Positions 14,189-27,834 of a stretch of DNA of 64,000 nucleotides are shown piece by piece; the first letter of the stretch is position 1, and the number at the start of each line of letters is the position of its first letter. The stretch is from positions 1,941,511-2,005,510 of the forward strand of contig JAAOMT010000436.1 of assembly GCA_016748015.1 (NCBI GenBank), written 5' to 3'. A model generated the notes under the pieces. That model saw only the letters and a list, made by a program, of their open reading frames with translations, ran no database searches and was not told where the DNA came from. The DNA comes from Geosiphon pyriformis uo1 (lineage: Eukaryota; Fungi; Glomeromycota). A program made the position numbers and the translations under genes.

Positions 14189-14900
14189 ATGGAGAAGTTC
14201 AGAGAGGTATGTTGGAGCTTTAAGGACCTTCCTAATCCTTAAATTCTCCTCAAATGAATTCTGAAACCGGCTTGTTTATTTGTTGCGGTTGTGAACCATT
14301 CAAACGCATCACAATTATTAAATTTACCTCGTTGAGAAATTAGATTAACATAACTCACCAACTTGGGACCAATTTTTAAACTTAAATTTCTTCAAGAAAT
14401 GATTAAAAAGTCTCGTTTTTCAATTTTCCTTAGAGACTCACTGCGCTTCGTGCCGAAGCTGACGCAGCCACTAAGCGTGCTGAAGAAGCCGAGGCCGCCT
14501 TGAAGAAAGTTGAAGAAGCACAATCGAGCAGGGAACAAGAATTTAATTCTCTCCAAAATAAGCTCGCTTTGGTTGAGGCCGATTTGGATACAGCCGAAAA
14601 GAGCTTAAGGGAAACAACAGAAAAGTAAGTAAATAGGAAAAAAAGCGTTAAAAAATTAACTAAACAAAACATTGCTTGCTTGATTGATTACTTAATTACC
14701 TATTTGATTTTCATTCAATCTTGTATAATTAATTAAGACTTCGTCAGACAGATGTGAAAGCCGAGCATTTGGAACGAAAAGTTTCGCAACTCGAAAACGA
14801 ACGCGGCGATTTCGAGAAGAAAGTTGAAGAACTCAAGGAAGAGTTAAAAAAATCCAAGCAAGAATTAGATGACACCCTTGCAGGCCTGGAAAATATTTAA
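14189..14900 (+). CDS. TPM1: Tropomyosin (fungal Cdc8/Tpm type), 3 exons, 123 aa
   Basis: Exons 14189-14206, 14434-14624, 14738-14900 (GT-AG). MEKFRERLTALRAEADAATKRAEEAEA..SLQNKLALVEADLDTAEKSLRETTEKLRQTDVKAEHLERKV..ELDDTLAGLENI*, with the fungal tropomyosin signature ETTEKLRQTDVKAEH. Confidence 0.92.
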
Positions 14901-15626
14901 TAGAATATTTGAAAGATTGTGATTTTAATACTTTTGGCTACATGAATCCTGTAAGTATTTATAGCGGTTTGTTTTAATTCTTTGTTTTTCAAATTTTTTC
15001 CGAGCTAAAAATCTTGTAAAATATTTTTCAAAGTCATGAAAAAATTGCTTACCTTGGCGGAAAAGTCCTTCAATATAATATATATTTGATTTGGGAGGGT
15101 CTATGGGGCGTCCTTTACATAAATTATTAATCTTTAAAACCATAATAAGGTATTATATCATTTATAATGGGAAAAATCAAAGGGGATGGGGCCTTGTAAT
15201 TATCCATTTCTATACCCGTGAATTTTTAAAGGCAGTTTTAGGAAATTATACAACCTCCGTTTGAGTTACCCAAAATTGAAAATTAAAACGTTTCAAATAA
15301 TTTGATTCAATGCCAATTTCGACATTATTAATTCAATTGAATTCTGTTTATAATCCATTAAGTACAAATTCAGACCACTCATTTGATAGCCTCAATAATT
15401 ATTTCAAAATACTTTGAAGAAATGCCTTCTGTCCAAGAACAAACAAGATTGCATTTCTAATCTTATTAAATTAATATTTATTTAGTTACGATAAAAGTAT
15501 CTTTCCCTGAGTGGTAAATATTTTTGCCAGGAATAAAGCTAATTATGCTTAATATTGTTAATAGGTTTTCATTTTCATCTCGCTGACATGATGGGTTTGG
15601 AGGGGTGGATATCAAATATTAAATTT

Positions 15627-17223
15627 CTAAGTAGACTTCTTGCTTTTATGTGATAAAACATTGCCATTGGCTTTTCCATGAATATTCAGTGCTTCTTCAC
15701 CACTAAAAATGTCGATTAGCATTTCTCGCTCATCCAAATAACAAGTATAATTTTTAAAAATGAACTGATTTTAAATAAACTCACCTTTCAGATTCACTAC
15801 GATTGTCATGAGCATTATCACCCCGTACAACCCGAAATGCAACTTGGCAAATCAACACAAACCAAAATATTATAATTGCTTGGAGAGATAGAAAGAGCGC
15901 AAGAAAAAACCATTGTACTCCTTGTGTAAAATAATGTTCTTCTTCGTATGACCATTTGGTTTCTATATATTGTCCAGGTTGAACCCACGTGCTATAAATG
16001 ATATATCCATAAAAATAATGTCGCGTTATAACCCACGACACCATAAAAACACCAAATAGGATGTCGCACATTTTGGTGAAATTTAAGTATTTCAACATTT
16101 TGGCTAACTGATAAAGAATATAGGCAATTTAAAATTATTTTATTTTTGGCCAAAAGAGAATTTTTTTTTCAGAAAAATGGTTAAGAAATATATTATATAA
16201 ACGTTACAATAAAATGGTAATTACCGGTAATATAATATCAGCAAAATCCATAATGCACAATACCGCGTTTCCAATACGCGTGTAATTGAATATATAGGAC
16301 AAACCCATTAGAGATATCGTTATTGCATGGTGAGCAATCATTTCGGCAAAGTCTTTTCGCCTCTTTTCAATTTGAAGGACAAAAACTTGTTGTAACCAAA
16401 AGGCGAATTGAACCAAATAATACCATTTTGTGAGATAGTTGAGACGTGAATGAGGATAGCCTTTCCAAAACTGAGTGGTGTCAAACCAGTGTGGTGAATG
16501 ATACATTATATACTGTAGATGTAAATATAAGAATAAGTTTGACGCGTTTGATCAACCAGTTAGAAGTTCCCTCACTTTGGCATACATATTGATCCAATTG
16601 TAGGAGAGCGATTCATCTTTAAAATTACGCTTATTCCGTTCTTTTCTCTCCTTTCTCCCCTCTTAATTCAACTCACCATGCCAAGCGTCCAAAAGATAGA
16701 ATAATACAAAAAGGACCACCCTTGTTCTGCAAACCTTGTGCATCGACTATTGCTTTTGATCCCACTTTGCCGCCCAATTGGTATTAATATATATTCCATT
16801 GCGCTTGCCCGTAGTAAAGTGAAAAGTGCCACCCAAAAGAAAACAAAGTAAGCATCTTCTATCCCCTTGGAATACAGCCCAGTCTCAGAGTCCCTATACT
16901 GCAAAATAACAAATTTTTCGGAACCAGGAACATTCAGCGCGAAAGCAGTTGTGATGGCCGCGATAATTCCTAAAGGAAACTCTAAGTAATTTTCGAAAGA
17001 AAGCAGTTAATATCTTGTAAATAATGTTCGACTTAATAAAATAGATATTTTTCTTTAAAGAAACAATTATGGTCCCAGAACGGAAAAATCTACCAATTTG
17101 GTTTTCAACGAGATATATCGCCGCCTTCGAGAAAAGGCTCGTCTTTTTCGTTTCACTCCTAGTTTTTAGGTTTTTTTTCGGTATTTCGCCGTTGTATATA
17201 CCATTCAAATGTTTCTGTGCCAT
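15627..17223 (-). CDS. LAG1: Ceramide synthase / sphingosine N-acyltransferase (LAG1/LAC1 family, TLC domain), 5 exons, 373 aa
   Basis: Exons 17094-17223, 16677-16981, 16225-16512, 15785-16107, 15627-15702 (GT-AG, in frame). RFAEQGWS, Lag1p motif RKDFAEMIAHH..GNAVLCIMDFAD..LAKMLKY, C-terminal DNRSE. Confidence 0.93.
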
Positions 17224-19080
17224 TTTAATAAAGAGGACTGATGAGCAGAGGTGTTTTCGAGGAGTAATTAGCTGAAGAAAAAAAAATAAAAAATCGTTCC
17301 TGTAACTCTATGCGATTGGTTGATGCAATGTCCGCGCTCATTTCGCGGCAATAGAAGTTGACCCAATGTTTACAAGCCTACATTTAATATAACACGCTGA
17401 CAGTTAATAATAGGTGATAAAAAAGAAGGGACATTGTATTCATAACGGATCTATGATTGGGTGATGGAGAAATCCATTCTATTCGATATTTGACTAGTCC
17501 TGCGCAAAATGCATTGAATGAATGTGTGAAAAAAGTTAAATCATCAATTCAAATATACAATTATAAATCCATGACGAAATTGATGTTTTAATATAAACCA
17601 AAATTTAAATGTCTAATAATAGTTTTTTATATGTAAAAATTAAATAATTGTTATGCACAATTTAGTAGATGAAAAAATTGATTAAACCCGATATTAGTTT
17701 ATTATTTATATAATCAATATAATATATATTTATTATTAATTATATAATTCAATTTTTATGTATATCTTCAATTTATTTTTGACTAATTAATATGCAAAAT
17801 AAATATAATTTATTATTTATTATTTTAATTATTAATTTTATTTTCACAATTAGTATTAAATTATAATTATAATTTAAAAAAATATGTTAATTAATAATTT
17901 ATAATATTTAATGTTTGAATAAATATTTCTAATTAAACCAGTTTTTTGTTTAAATTACAACAAAAAATAATAATTATTTTAATATAAAAATTATATTTTT
18001 TAATTAATAAACAACTTTATTTAAATAAATTTTTAAATTAATATAATTATTATATTTTGTTATATAAAACAAAATAGTCTATTTAAATAAACTTGTTATA
18101 TGTAAAATCATATATTTAAAAATAAATAAAATTAATAGAAAAACATCAAATTATTAAAATAACCAAAAAATTAGCTAAATACAAATTATGTAATTATAAT
18201 TAAATTAATAAATTAATTAATTAACAAAATTACAAAATGCTAAAATATTTTAAAATAATTAATAATTAAACATTAAAAAAATTACAATATTAATATTATA
18301 GTTTTTATAAATAAAATAAAATAAACAATTATATTTAATAAACAAATAAATTAAAAATATTTTTGTTAATAATAAATATTAAACACATATTAATTTTAAA
18401 TTAATAACTTGAAAAATAATTAATTATTAATTTTATATATTAACAAAGTTCCTTATTTGGCTTTTCAAAAACAAAATTTTAAATTTTTTAAAAAATCAAA
18501 AACTAAATATTTTAAAAATAGTTGCAAAAATTTATAATAACAATATTTTAATTTTTTTTGTTATAACTATATTCATTTTCATAAATTTATTTAATTTTTT
18601 TTAACTTATTTTTGGTTATATAAAAAAATAAAAAGTTTTATTGATAATAAAAAACAATTAATTAAAAATATATTTAAAAAACTTTAAAAAAATTTTATTT
18701 TAAATTATTAATAACTAATAAAAACATTATTTTAAAATTTGAACTAATAAATTAAAACTAATAATATTATAAAGACTTAAATTAAGAATTACACTATTTT
18801 AAATAAAATTTTTATAACATAATAATTACAATATAATTTTTTTAGTATATAAATAATAAAAATTTCTTTAATATAATAAAAGTTTTTAATATATATAAGT
18901 TTTTAAGAATAGTAAAAATATTACTAAATAATAAAATTACAAATTTATTTAATAAATTAAATAAAATATAAAAACATTATAATAGATTTTTTATTAAATA
19001 TTATAAATTTTAATTTGCTTAAAAAAAAAATTTTAGATAAATAAAAAGTTTAATTTCTTAAATTATTTTTTTTATTAATA

Positions 19081-20022
19081 TTTTAACAAAATATGGTCAA
19101 AAATTTATTTAATACAATATACTAAATTAAATAACTTAAATTAGATATTAATTATGCATTTTTTATATATAATTAACTACTTAAATCAATTAAAATACTA
19201 ATTAAGCTAAATTAAAAAAAGTTAAGAATAAATTCTGCTTATCAAGTTTTTTAATAATACTATTCAAATTTTTAGAATCAAAAATAAACTTATTTAAAAA
19301 CAATCTAGTTTTCTTAATATTATCCTTAATTTTAGAACTATATAATTACATGTTTTTTTATTTAAAAAACATGTTTTGATAATACTTAAATTATTTATCT
19401 ATATTATTAAATTCAATTTTAGTTTTAAAACTAATAGTTTTTAGATATATTAGCTAAAAAAGCAAAACTCTAAAAAATATTAAGTATAATAAGCAAATTT
19501 TTTTTAACTTTATAACTTTTGTGCATATTTTTAGACATAAAAAAAGTTATTAAAGCAATTAAAAAGCCAATAAGTTTAACAATAAACTTTATTAAAACAG
19601 CCAAACGTGAAATTTAAGATTTCAAAGAATTTAACTTAGACTTAATAACAAAATTAGCAACAAAAACAGCCAAAAAAATAACAAAAAAAGAAGCCAAAGA
19701 AACAAAAGTTTTAATATAAGACTTTCTATTTATAAATAAAAATATAAAAAATCTAAAACTAACAATAAGCTTAAAAAACAACTTAAGAAAAAAAAAAATT
19801 TTGTATTTAATAGATAAATAATTCAAATCTTAATATTTATAGTAGTAATAGTATTCAAAAGTTTTTTACTAAATATAATATTTGCACAAAATACTAGTTT
19901 TTATTATAGTAAACTCTAACAATTCACAAGTTTTAAAAATAATAACAGCAAAGCATTAATAATTATAAAATTAAGAAAATAAGAAATAAAACAAATATAA
20001 TTACTAACCTAAAAAATCATAT
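19081..20022 (-). mobile_element. ORF1-only LINE derivative (copy 2, 3' part), truncated by an LTR-C insertion
   Basis: Colinear with 607-1530 (e.g. aaaaacaatctagtttt, gtgcatatttttagaca), including the same ORF1-to-3'-tail junction. Confidence 0.7.
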
Positions 20023-23000
20023 TATTATGAATTAAAATAATAAGCTAACAAATAACAAAAAAAACAAAATTGTAAAATAATAAAATAAATTAAAAGAAAT
20101 TCAACTTCAAAAAATAAATTAAATAAATATAAATTCAATATATAAGATTGGTTTTATAAAATATTTTAATTGTTATTTTTTTCAAAAAATAACTAAAAAA
20201 TAGAAAGATAGCTTATATTTTTAACAAATGATAACACATTAATATAATTTTATGTCTTATATTAGTATTCTTAGAATTAAATATTAAATATTAGATGTAT
20301 TTTTTAGTTATATTTATTTAATAATTATTAAATACTACAATGATACAGATTAAAAAAGAGTAAGTAAATACTAACAAGTAATTTTTTATTTCAAAATGTT
20401 CAAATACTTGAAGATAAAAAAAGAAAAATAAGTAATAAGAAAAGAATTAAATTAATAATTGTTATTTTATTTTTTTGATTTTTTATATTTAATTATGTTT
20501 TTTTATAGCTAAAAGACTTATTATTTATATAGTTATTAAAAGTAATTAACAATTAAGTTAATAAATAGATTATTAATTAGATTAATAATTAAATTAACAG
20601 TTAAGTTATTAATTAAGTCAATAATTATTATTTAAAATTAAGATAACTAATTATATAATATTAGTAACTAATATATATAATAATTAATAAAAACTATGTG
20701 TTTTAGTCATAATATTATTTTCTCTAAAGAAATTAAGCTTTAGTAAAATCAAACTATTTATAAAATAATCTATCTGAAGATTTTTATCTAACTTAAAACT
20801 AACTAATTTTATAAAGTTTTTTGTAGATAGGATATATAATACCTAAAATAAAATAAGTTTTGTATTCAAAAAACCAAATTTTTATATAAAAATTTTGGTT
20901 CTTTTAGCAATAATCAAAATTTTTATAATAATTAATTATATAATATTCAAAATTTCCACTTGTATTTTTAAAGCTGTTTTTTTTATGAGCTTTATATCTT
21001 CTATAATTTTACCAAAACAATTATAAAGCTTCAATTATTTTCTATATAACAAGTTTTTATTTATGAATAAAATTTCTTTAATTGATTTTCTAATTATAAT
21101 AAAAAGTAGAAGTATGTTTTCAAGCAAATACTTATTTATTTTACTACCAATTTTTTTTCTTCTAATAGTAGTTTTTTTTGATTTAATAACAATATAAGTT
21201 TTATTGTTATTAGTTATAATAATCTGTTTTTTTATAATTAGAATAATATTAAATAGTTTTTGATTCAATATTTATAAAAAGTATAAAAAGTGTTTTAAAT
21301 ATTTTAATTTAGAAAATAATTGTTTATATTAGTTGAAAATACTTCTGTTTTAAAAATAGTGTGTTTATTTATATCTAATTTTTACTGATTATTTAGATCA
21401 AAATTATCATAACAAATAATTAATTAGATCATTTGTACTATTTTTTAAGCCATATATTATAAATAGAACAATCATTAAAAATTGTTTTATTTTGATTTTG
21501 TAAAATGTAAAAATCATTGTTTAAGATTTTGTTTATTAAAAAAAGTTTTTTTCATTAATTAGAGAATTTATTTTCATAGACATTGTTTTTGTTTAAATAG
21601 TATTTTAGAATCAAGTTATTAATACTTAAAAAAAGTGTTTTATAGATTTTTTTTTTCTTAAGCTTTTTTTAAAACTGTTTGTGTTCCTATTAAGAAGTTA
21701 AGAATTGTACTAAGTTTTTTTTGCAAAATGTTCTTATAATTTCTTATTGTAATTTTTTTAAAGAATATTGTTTCAATATTAATTTTTATTAATAAAGTTG
21801 TTATTTGTCTATAAAACAAATAAAAAAATTTATAACTTATTATATTATAATTTACAGTTCTATAAACAAACAAAACTGAAAGTAGTACTTTGTTTTATAA
21901 GTTTGTTTTTTTACTGGTTTTGGTTAAAGTTTTACAAAGAGTTTTATTAAAATATTTCACTAGACTATTTGTTTGAAAATAATAAAAAAAGAGAATTTAT
22001 AATGTATTTTTATTTTTTTACAAAGTTTTTTAATTAATGTACTGAAAAAAGTTTTTTTTTATTAAATAAAAGTTTTTTAATACAGCTATAGTAATAAATA
22101 ATATTTTTATAAATAAAATTAACAATAAAAACTGCTGTTTAATCTAAAGTAACTCTTGTTTTTACCTATTTTATAAGATAATTAATAACTGTAATAATAT
22201 ATTTATTGCTATTAGGTATTATTATTAAGAGTTTACAACATCTATGCCAATTTTGTTAAATAATTAACCAACAGAAATTAGATGTATATTTTCTTTGTGA
22301 TTGGGCAGGTATACTATTATACTGACATCTTTGATAGTAAAAATTGAGAAAATTAGTGGTAACTCTCAGAAGTCAAAAATTGAGTTTGAATGAATTTAAA
22401 GGAAGGGTGAAAAAAAAACAGGGTTACTACAGTATGTAAAGTGACAGTTGTAAAAGTATGGTATTTTAGATGACTAATTAGAAAGTTAAATAGCCGGGTT
22501 TTTTTTTTGGCAAATATTACAAGTTTTTATGTACTTGGCAATATTTTTTTCCAAGATAAGTCGATAATAATAAACTAAAGTTTTTTGAATTGTTTTTGTT
22601 TTTCTAAAGTGTTTAGCTAATATATTAGTATACATATTATAAATCACAATTTTTTTTTTAAATTTAATAACTTTTTAAAAATAATTAAAATTTTTTTTGT
22701 TTTTTTTGTATAGTTGGTTTTAATAAATTAAATAAAAATTTAATTGTTTGCACAATTGTTTTTTTTACTGTCAAGTATAATTTGTTTTTTTATAATATTG
22801 TATATCATAGTCAAATTTATTTAAGTAAAGTATTCAGTAAATTATTTGTTTGTGTTTTAGCTTTTTTTTATTGTATAGTCAAACTAAAGCTTAATAATTT
22901 ATTACTATTAAAAATTTGGCACCAAGAAAATATTTATTTCAATAATTGATAATTCAAACTACTATGTATTTTTGTTTAATAATTAAATAATTTTGTTTTA

Positions 23001-25484
23001 TTAAAAAAAGTAATTTGCTAATATAAGCTATAATATGCCCTTTGTTATATTTATTTTTTTGGAAAAAAATAACATCAAGTTTAAATTTAAATATATCAAT
23101 ATAAAAAATAAAAAGTTGATTTAGGTTAAATTGTATAAGAATAAGTTCTGTAACTAATTTTTTTTTTAAGATTTTAAAAACTTTTTGCTAATATATGTTT
23201 CAATAAAAATTAACAGTTTTTTTGAATAGTTAATTAAAAAAAAACAATTTTAAAGAAATTTTTAACAAATTTTTAATAATAAAAAACCAATTCAAAAAAA
23301 GAGCATAATTTATAAATATTTATTAGTTGTCTAATATTCTGAACTTTTTTAATCTTGACAAAATCAGAAAAAAATTTATTGTTTGTAATAAAATAACCAA
23401 GAAATTAGATAGATTAATGTTTAAAAAAAGATTAGATTAAATTAAATTAATTTTAAGACCAGTATTTCTAAGAAGATCAAAAACTTTTTACAAGTATTCA
23501 AGATGTTTATTCCAAGTTTTTAAATATATTATTATATTGTTCAAGTAAACTAAACAAAACTTTTATTAACTGATTTAAATACTTTGTTTATTAAGCATTA
23601 AAAGATAAAAAAAGTATTGGTAAAATCAAAAAACATGATTGTAAATTCATAGATATTATATTTAGTAATAAAAGTGGTTTTTTTTTACTTTCTAAAACTA
23701 TTTTTACTTGTTAAAATTTAGTAGTTAAATTAATAATTGAAAAAAAAACAGCATTCTTGAATTGATTTAGCATTATATTAATTTTAAAAAATAGATATAT
23801 ATTTTTTTTAATGATAATATTTAATTAGTAGTAAATAACACAAAATTATAAAGTTTTATTTTTCTTAGATACTATTACAATTAAAAAAACTTATTTACTT
23901 TTGGTTTTTTGTATAAATTTAAAATTTTTATTTAATTTATTTATTTCTTAATAAATTTATTATTGTAACAATTAAATTAATAAGATTTCAAATAAATAAA
24001 GTAAGTTTCTTTAATAGTAATAGTGTGTTGTATCACATTAGTTTGTTTAGAAATTTTTTTTTTATTAATATTACTGAACTGTTTTTAGTCAATAAATTTT
24101 CAATGTTAGTTTTTTTTCTTTTAGAAAAAATTTTCTTTGTCTTATTACAGGTAATTAAATCTTAGACAGTTTATTTTTAAAAAATTTCTGTATTTCTTTT
24201 ATTTTTTTTCTGAATATCAAGCTAATAAGTTCTTAATTTTTATAATAAATTAAATAAAACATGTATTTATTATTAAAAAAATAGAATAGTTTATTATATT
24301 AATACTATGTACAAAAATCATATTACTAATAATTGTATTTAGCTTTTTTGTTAGACTTTTTATCAAAAATTTTTTTAAAAATATTATAATAAGGCCAACA
24401 AATTAGTTTGCTATTCACAATAATTTTTTTTGTTGGTTTTAATATTATTTAATAGCTTAATATTGCTGGTAAAAATAGTATAAATAAGTTTAATAGTTTT
24501 TTTATTTTTTTTATTGCTTTTTTTATCATTTGATTTATCTAATTGTTTTTTTTTTTGGTTTTGCTTAGGTATTAAAAGAGTTGTTTAATAATAATACTTA
24601 ATTACAATAAACTTTTTACTATATCTAATAATTAATTTACAGAGTTTATAATTAAGCAATACTTTTGTTTTCTTAAGCCATTTATTACCAATTATTATAG
24701 TGTACTTTTTTGTTTTAGAAACTTTTATGTCAGTTTTAATGCTAATGCTATTGATGCAAACAGAAACAGTTTTGGCTATACCAAAACTTTTTTTTTGTTA
24801 TCATGTATATTAATTATAAATTGAGTTAAAAATTCATTAATTTTTCTATTAATTGCTTCAAAAAAATGTTTAACAATAACATTAACAAATAATTTACTGT
24901 TTAGAATTAAATCAATAAAATAATTAGCCACTTGGATTTTGCAAATCAAAGAAATAATATTGCTATTGTTAGCAAATTCAATTTGTTAAGAACATTTATT
25001 AATTTTAAAAGTTTTTTTTTAAAATCAAAAATTTGTGAAAATTTTTTCTAAATTAAAGATGAGTCATTAATTAATTAAAAATAATGTGTGTTGAAGTTTC
25101 TATAAGATTCAAATTTTTGTATAATTTCTGAAGATTTCAATTTTGAAAATTTTTTAAAAACTTTAGTTTTTAATAATTTATTATTATTAACAATAAAAAT
25201 TGAAACTTTATTGAGATCTAAAACAAAATCAATCTTAGTTTTTTTCTTCTTGTAAATTCAGTAAAGTTAATAGCTAATTTATCTATGTTATAGTTATTAT
25301 CAGTTAGGTTAAAAATATAAAAAAAATTTTTTTTAATTGGCTTGTATTCTTATTTTTTAAAAGTGTATTTACTAATTTAAAAGCTAATAAACAGTAACTT
25401 TAACTAAAAGATTCTTTTCAAAAAAATTGATGTTAATATGATTAAGTTTTTGATTAAAAACACTATTGTTATTGGATCTGTTGT
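20023..25484 (-). mobile_element. Heavily mutated, 5'-truncated copy of Ty3/gypsy family C (3' LTR ~20023-20714, ORF3, IN, RH, RT, PR, end of gag)
   Basis: Colinear with 33427-39640, lacking the solo LTR at 38783. ORFs 21035-21268 and 21658-21873 match 34028-34720 and 35025-35252. Truncated at the hAT end. Confidence 0.88.
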
Positions 25485-27830
25485 TAGGATTTCAATTGAA
25501 CTGAACTGAATTAAACTTTGAGTGTTGTTTAAGTTTGGTTCAAATTATAAACTAAACTTAAATAAACCAATTTTTCAAAGTAGATTTAGTTTAAGTTTGG
25601 CATTGAACTTTTTTAACAAATCTGAGTTTGGTTCAAGTCTGGTTCAAAGTTTATAAACTTTTTTAAGTTTAATGGAATTAAAAAAAATATAACTTGTACT
25701 ATTTGTTTATTAATTATTACTTTGTTTAATTATTATAATCAGTTAAAGAGATATATAAAATTATGCATATATAACAACTCTACTTTTCAACTTACCAAAA
25801 TAAATTTATTGTTAGTATTATTCAATGTTACTAAAGATTTAAAATCTAAAATAACAGAATTTAATAATCTAAATAGTCTAAATATTAATATATTTGGTAA
25901 ATATAGTTTTTAGAATAAAATATAGAACTATTTTAATAAGTTTAAGTAAACAAAAGAAAAAAAACAGCCAAATATATAGTCTCAAAATATGTGTATAAAC
26001 AATTTTTTTGTAAAACTACAAATATTACCAAACTTTTATGGTATTATTTAGAGACTTCTCATTGAACAATATATGTTACAATAAAAGAATATTATAAGAA
26101 AAAACAAAATGTCCAAAAAAATTGCAAGTCAATTAAAGAAATATTTTAACAGATAAAATTGCTATTTTTTTTTATAATTTTTGGCCAATTTAACTAGAAA
26201 ACTGTTCTAATCTTCTGTAATAACTGCTATTAATATTGATAATGAAAAACTTTATAATATAATTACTATTTGGCTTATCAACTACCAGCAACTACTTTTT
26301 ATAATAGAAAACTCTAAATTAATTGAAATATTTCAATATTTGAATCTTACTTCTCAACCTGTTTGTGTTGATACAATTAAAAATAGAGTTATAAAACTCT
26401 ATGTCTTAAGTAAACAAGAATTAAAAGTAAACCTTTATTATAAAATGTCTTTTTTCTTTTACTTATATTTATAATATTATAAGTATACTTAAATATTATC
26501 AAGTCCAAAATTTTTTTTATATTAGATTTCTAGACATTTTTCAATAACAAAATTTTTGTTTCTATTATTGCTTATTATATTAATAACAATTAAAACTTTT
26601 AACAAACAATAATTAATTTTGGATTAATAAATAAATAACATGATAGAATAACTATTACAAACAACTTTTTTAAAATATTAAAAAATTAAAAAATTACATT
26701 AAAGATATGTATATATATTCTTGCATGAATCAGATTAGTTAATAATTAATAAAAATATTGGCATACTATACAACATATTAATATCATTTGAAGTTTAGAG
26801 TTATTATAATGCTCATATTATTGAAAATTGCATTTTTTTAATATTGATTTAAGTTGGTTTTTATTATTATCTTAGAGCTGAATTTTCAGAATTAATATTA
26901 TCTAAGGCTCAAAGTTATTACAGTGTTTATATTATCGAAAACTGTATTTTTTTAATATTAGTTTAAGTGGTTTTTATTATTATTTTAAGCCAAATTTTCA
27001 GCCAAAAAAGTTATATTTACTTTCTTTTTATATAAGTTTACTATTAATTTTATTAGTTATAATCTAATTTTTTTTTGACAGCTTTTTGCTATTACTTTTA
27101 ATAATATCACAAATAATAGTATTTTATAAAAAAGTAAGAAAATTAAAAGAAAAAAACATTTAATAGAACTCAAAAAACTTTTAATTTCAATGCTTTGATC
27201 ATATTTTAAACTTAACAGTACAAACAGCTTTAAATAAAATAAAAAATGATGTTTTCATAATATTTGTTAAAAACTCAAACCAAATATATTTACTTGAAAT
27301 TCTTTTAATATAAACTTTGTATAAATTAAAGATTAAAAAACTTAACTCTGCAATATATATTTTGTCTCAATGTTTTGAGCTTCTTAAACATGCTGTAATA
27401 CATGTTAAATTAAATACCATAAACTTATTCTGGATTGTTCTATTCAATAGAATTCTACTTATAACATGATCAGAAATAAGTTATTTCTTAAATTAACAAG
27501 TCATTTATTTCTAATTCTATATATTTTGAATGCAAAAATTTTAATTGTAAATTTATAGATATTAAACACTCTTATTAGCACTCATATTAACTTTTATCAA
27601 TATGCTATTTTATATAATTAATGGGCTGTTTTTAATAAAATTGCTAAATTTCTTGAACTATTTAAGAATATTATAGTTAAAATGTTAGCCAGTTCAAATA
27701 ATACTGCTTTCTTAATTATTATTTTTTTAATATCATTTTTAATTATGTTAAAAGTATGGTTAATAGTAATGAATCTGGTAAAGCATTATAATTTTAATTG
27801 TATTTATTTAGTTATTTATTTAACATATTT
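25485..27830 (+). mobile_element. hAT-superfamily DNA transposon relic (BED-finger transposase pseudogene), 3'-truncated
   Basis: Starts TAGG followed by decayed (CCGAA)n/(GGTTC)-type subterminal repeats at 25495-25660. BED finger remnant ~25920-26080. 'WLINYQQLLFIIEN..IEIFQYLN' at ~26270, 'FILDF*TF..FVSIIAYYI' at ~26520, 'ILDCSIQ*NSTYNMI' (=TRWNST) at ~27430. Confidence 0.8.
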
Positions 27831-27834
27831 AATA

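Noticed and set aside
14430-14672. 80-aa minus-strand ORF
   Set aside because: Antisense shadow of tropomyosin exon 2.
14925-15143. 72-aa minus-strand ORF between tropomyosin and LAG1
   Set aside because: Overlaps probable 3' UTRs; no motif or splice support.
17650-19080. Coding or structured feature in the AT-rich flank
   Set aside because: Too degenerate to assign by eye; probably ancient TE debris.
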